Below, piece after piece: positions 14,066 to 64,000 of a stretch of DNA of 64,000 nucleotides; position 1 is the stretch's first letter; every line of letters begins with the position of its first letter. Where the stretch lies: positions 25,536,930-25,600,929 of the forward strand of contig NC_068999.1 in the NCBI RefSeq assembly GCF_001194135.2, in the 5' to 3' direction. This DNA comes from Octopus bimaculoides. Its lineage: Eukaryota. A model generated the notes under the pieces. That model did not search any database. It had not been told where the DNA came from and worked only from the letters and a program-made list of their open reading frames with translations. A program made the position numbers and the translations under genes.

Positions 14066-14144
14066 ATGTATGTATGTATGTATGTATGTATGTATGTATG
14101 TATGTATGTATGTATGTATGTATGTATGTATGTATGTATGTATG
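14066..14144. repeat. (TATG)n microsatellite
   Basis: Direct reading. Confidence 0.95.
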
Positions 14145-14160
14145 CGTGCGTGTGTTAGTG

Positions 14161-14192
<32 letters not shown>

Positions 14193-14344
14193 TACAGAGA
14201 GAGAATTTATCACTATATTATATGTAATGAAGTCATTGTATACAGTGCACAGGTGCACTACAACTCATTAGAAAAAGTAACTAAAACTGCATGAATAGTA
14301 CATAGAATATGCACAGAAAGTGACCAGTGAAAAAGTCTTAACAA

Positions 14345-14700
14345 AGAAGAAGAAGAAGAAGAAGAAGAAGAAACAGGGGTGGGGGGCATCAGGTGTACTG
14401 TTGGTGAATTTCAGGAACCACTGGAAGTTTTGAAGGATGTAGTGTGACAACTGATGCAAGTAGTTTATTCCATGGTTCAGCAATTCTGTGAAAAGATGTT
14501 TCTGAAAGTCATGGCTGTTGTGTTGTTTCTTTGATTTTGTAAGCATGTCCACTAGTGTTAGACATATGGAATTCAAAAAGGTGTCCAAAGTTGTTGTTGG
14601 AAAGATGGTGGATAATTTTGTGTGTGTCTACCAAATCAATTACCAGACGTCAGAAAACATGTTACATTTGTTGCATCTATAAACAATCTCTATGCTAGTG
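14345..14700 (-). mobile_element. CR1-type LINE 3' end with (TTC)n tail
   Basis: NTSGHAYKI / KKQHNSHDFQKHLFT / RIAEPWNKLLASVV match the CR1 ORF2 terminus TRGH..K..R..FF..RV...WN.LP; (GAA)n at 14345-14372 on + strand. Confidence 0.75.
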
Positions 14701-15650
14701 AATCTCAATTTATCTCGAGGTCACAACATTCTCATCACAAGCGAGGCTTTTCAATACTGATATCAAACACAGGCACAAGGTTATATATTTGGGGTAGGAA
14801 GAGATATAGGGAGTTAAACTGATTCCTGTATTTGACTGGAACTTTATTTTATTGAACTTGAAAGGATGAAAGTTTATCTTTGCAAGATTTAAATTTCATT
14901 CCTAACTATTGTAAGGTATTTATTTTGTCCCAAATATTATCAGTAACATTTCTGTTTGTTCAAATACTACATGAATAGTTTCTCTAAACAGAATAAGAGT
15001 TCATCTGCTACAAAACAACACCTTAGATTTATTTAATTGTACACATTTAGGAGTATACAATTAACTCTTCAAATATAATTAGGGTTATAATTCCTAATTC
15101 TAAACAATTTTGTAAACACAAACATTTCTTTAATTTAAGAATTATCACTAAACAGTGGTCACTATAGAAGACATGGAAAGAACAAAAAGTGATAATATCT
15201 TTTGGTCTTTATGTATGTGCTATAAAGTTCCAATGGTGTTTTCTTGTGACTAACGATATAATGTAGAAATCACCTCCTACATTATTCTACTTAGTTGATT
15301 TCAAGGGAACTCATGTTAGCAAGATTATGTTCTTTTTACTAAATTCTAGAAACATTTATCTTATGTCACTTCCATTAATTTCTCTTTCCATCACATATCA
15401 TCATATATTCCTTTTTTGCTTAAAATAAAAATGAAACTAATTTGATTTTTCTTTTTGCCCATTCATCTTATGAGAGAAGGTACTGGGTGGACTGGGGTTA
15501 CATGTCTGTATACTAAGAGCAGAAAGGGATAGACCAGGTCTACACATCAATATAAAAAGAACAGAGATTGGTTAGTATGTTTAGTGTTGAGTCGAAGCAT
15601 GATTTCTTTATTCCTTTATTAATTTTTTTCCCTCTTTTTTATGATTTCAG

Positions 15651-61280
<45,630 letters not shown>

Positions 61281-62475
61281 GTATGTACACAATTTACAGA
61301 GGATTTAATTTTTTATTCATAATACTTTATGTATTTTTGTTTGAAAAAAAAAAACAGCCTTTATAATACTTTATAATACTTTATAATGTATTTCCCCTTG
61401 ATTTCATGTTAAATATATTTTTCTTTGATTTGAGTTAGACTCAATCTTTTCACAGGCAATTTCACAGGAATTTCTTTCTCTAATACTTTTTGTTAAGATA
61501 ATTGTTCCTAAACAAAGTGCTGTAACTGAGCATTTTCAAAAGTCATGATTTCAAACTTTGTTATTGTTAATGCGGTGTTTGACAATGCACTTTGCACTAT
61601 TTTCTCCTGTGAGGAGCTGAAGGCACAACAAATAATTGTTTAAGTTTGTCCATAGCTACAAGAAAAAGTATGATGAGAGCTTTTCTTCATCATATTAGAT
61701 CAAAGTAGAATATCGGAAGTTCAAACAAACTGTGATGGCAAACCAATCTCTTCATCACCAGATACCTTATGAAAGATATGACTGTCATACTTTATAATTT
61801 TATAGAATTTTTTTCTTTTCATTTTAAAAATTGTCATATAAAGCTTAAATTTCTGTTATGTTTAAATAAGATACTATTCTTTAAAAAAAAAAAAAAAAAC
61901 ACATTTCCTAGTAACTAATGTTATATTCCTGATGATTCTATGAGCTGGAGTACAGATAATTAAATGTCAAACTCTAAGACAATGGAAATATTTTATTAGA
62001 ATAGTTGTAATGCATTATTTGTAGATTATAAACATACAACTCAAGAGCTTTGTGTAAAGTTGAGTTTTGAGTTTATTCTTTCTGTTGTTGACACCAGATA
62101 ATATTAAATATTATTTGGAGAATCAACCCACAAGAAAAAAGAGCACATATATATTAGCTTTCAAAGTTGTCTTGACACAAGTGAATGAATAAGCAGGTCA
62201 CTACTAGAAACTACAGGTATATTTAGCAAGATGACAGCTGAGATTTAATGAGCAAACAGAAAGTGACGCAGTAAAGTAGCATTCGAAAGTGAATTTACTT
62301 CATGACAGCAAATGTTACAATATATTTCCAGCTATCAGTAATCATATGGCTGGATTCATGGGCTGATAGCAAGGAGAAAAGAAAAATAATACTGTAGTAT
62401 GGGTTACATTCTCTTATTATTAATTTGCTTTCAAAAAGAAAAGCTTAAATTTATATAGTAATAATCATTTTATCT

Positions 62476-62623
62476 CATCATCATCATCATCATCATCGTT
62501 TAACGTCCGCTTTCCATGCTAGCATGGGTTGGACGATTTGACTGAGGACTGGTGAAACCGGATGGCAACACCAGGCTCCAGTCTAATTTGGCAGAGTTTC
62601 TACAGCTGGATGCCCTTCCTAAC
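62476..62623 (-). mobile_element. Young 5'-truncated RTE tail
   Basis: Reverse complement matches 47473-47609 with 4 mismatches in 137 bp; (CAT)n tail. Confidence 0.9.
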
Positions 62624-62949
62624 AACATTTCCTTTACTTTTTTTCAAATGTTATATGGTTTTGATATTTTGGAAAAGATGAAGTTAAGCAGTTCTGGAAA
62701 TAAATCAAATTCTTCATATTGACTTTTAGTACTTGTCATCATCATCATCATCATAAGTATTTTATGGCATTTTCCAATTCACCTCTTACATTAGCTACCC
62801 ATTGCCAATAAACAATTTCCCTTCATATTTGTTGCTTTTCATCTAACATTCAGCATCTTTATTCTGAATTGAATCAGAAATAACAAAGTGGCAAAAACAA
62901 ATTTGTCAAATGAAAACATTCAGCAGACAATTAAACCATGACACTCCAT

Positions 62950-63960
62950 GAATTTGTTAAAAAATATCCTATTTGAAAGATTTCCAACATATCTAAATCA
63001 CTCTGGAATAGTGTCCATGGTTCGATATCATAGAACAAAACACATGTTCTCAACATGTGCATTATAGTGTGTAATGAGATGTTCTGTTTTCAAACACACC
63101 AGTAAGATGAAGATGCTAAATCAATTCTATTCTGATATGTAACGCTCCAGTAATTTCGTTTTCTTCTAACCAAATTCTTCATCTGATATAACATTGACAA
63201 TTCATAACAAGTATTTTGATTTCATGAACATTGATATTAAGAACAAATTTCAAAGCTATATTTTAGAAGTAACAGAAAAGCTCTTAAGCTCTGTCCTTTA
63301 AGTCATCATAAATTGCCGCATTGTCAAGCCTTTCTGGCCAAAATGTATAATGTTCCATACTGAACAATCTCTTCATTATCATATTGGTAACTGCATTGAA
63401 TAACAGAGATGAGAATATATAACAACCTAATGTGAGACTAGTTCATTGGAAAATAAATATTTGATATTTAATCTGTAATTTTCACTGCCTGAACTAAACA
63501 GTTAATACTCTTGTAGCAAATGGAGAAGCTTGCATGGTACACCCTTGGCTTCAAAGATTTCCAGAGTATTTGTCTGCTTTTAATATCAAATATATATTTT
63601 TTTGAAGGTTGTAAAAGCAATAATTAGTCATTTGCTATATTGAACGAATCTTTCCCTAATAGAAAACTTTAATTGCAGCAACTGCAATTTAGGTTGATTT
63701 TCACTTGTTCCTCTTCAATTTAAGTGTATAGTGTAAAGGGAAATAAAAATTTTGCCAACATTTGACAACATTCATCTCTGCCAGTTCTTGCCAAAACCAC
63801 AATTGTCTTTTTTTTAAAAAACTGATACAATCATGGTATTCTTCCAACTCTTTGAATTTTTCACTAATTGAGACAAGGTACAATAATGATTGTAGTTTAG
63901 AGAGTAGTAAATAGACACCAACTTCAATATCTCAGATGTTTTTTCATCAATACATGAAGT
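62950..63960 (-). mobile_element. Ancient RTE-like LINE RT relic
   Basis: IIAFTTFKK..ILWKSLK (63545-63630) and GCYIFSSLLFNAVTNMIMKR (about 63370-63427) resemble the F.DF.KAFD and QGC.LSP.LFN motifs; many stops. Confidence 0.55.
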
Positions 63961-64000
63961 TTTGTCATTTAATAATTTATCAACAGCTATAGAAGATGAC

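Overview
AT-rich, microsatellite-rich animal genomic DNA with 11 assembly gaps. The SINE/RTE repeat families suggest an Octopus-type cephalopod genome (inference from remembered repeat consensuses, no database search). The main feature is a + strand type IV (basement-membrane) collagen alpha-chain gene, most likely alpha2(IV)-like. I reconstructed 28 GT-AG coding exons (15651-61280; 3229 nt, about 1076 codons, all phases compatible) running from the Cys-rich 7S domain through interrupted Gly-X-Y repeats. The signal-peptide exon was not found, and the rest of the helix plus the NC1 domain lie beyond 64000. Introns and the upstream 15 kb hold transposon relics: Penelope-like elements (RT, GIY-YIG), RTE and CR1-type LINEs, three tRNA-derived SINE families (several with TSDs), two related solo LTRs, a Gypsy RT relic, mariner and piggyBac relics, and MITEs. 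The most interesting non-coding signal is in the intron between exons 14 and 15. There, a 119-bp-arm foldback sits directly next to a type I hammerhead-ribozyme fold (sense to the collagen pre-mRNA), followed by 150-bp-period repeats and a Penelope-like endonuclease relic. No prokaryotic features, CRISPR array, rRNA or genuine tRNA gene were seen.
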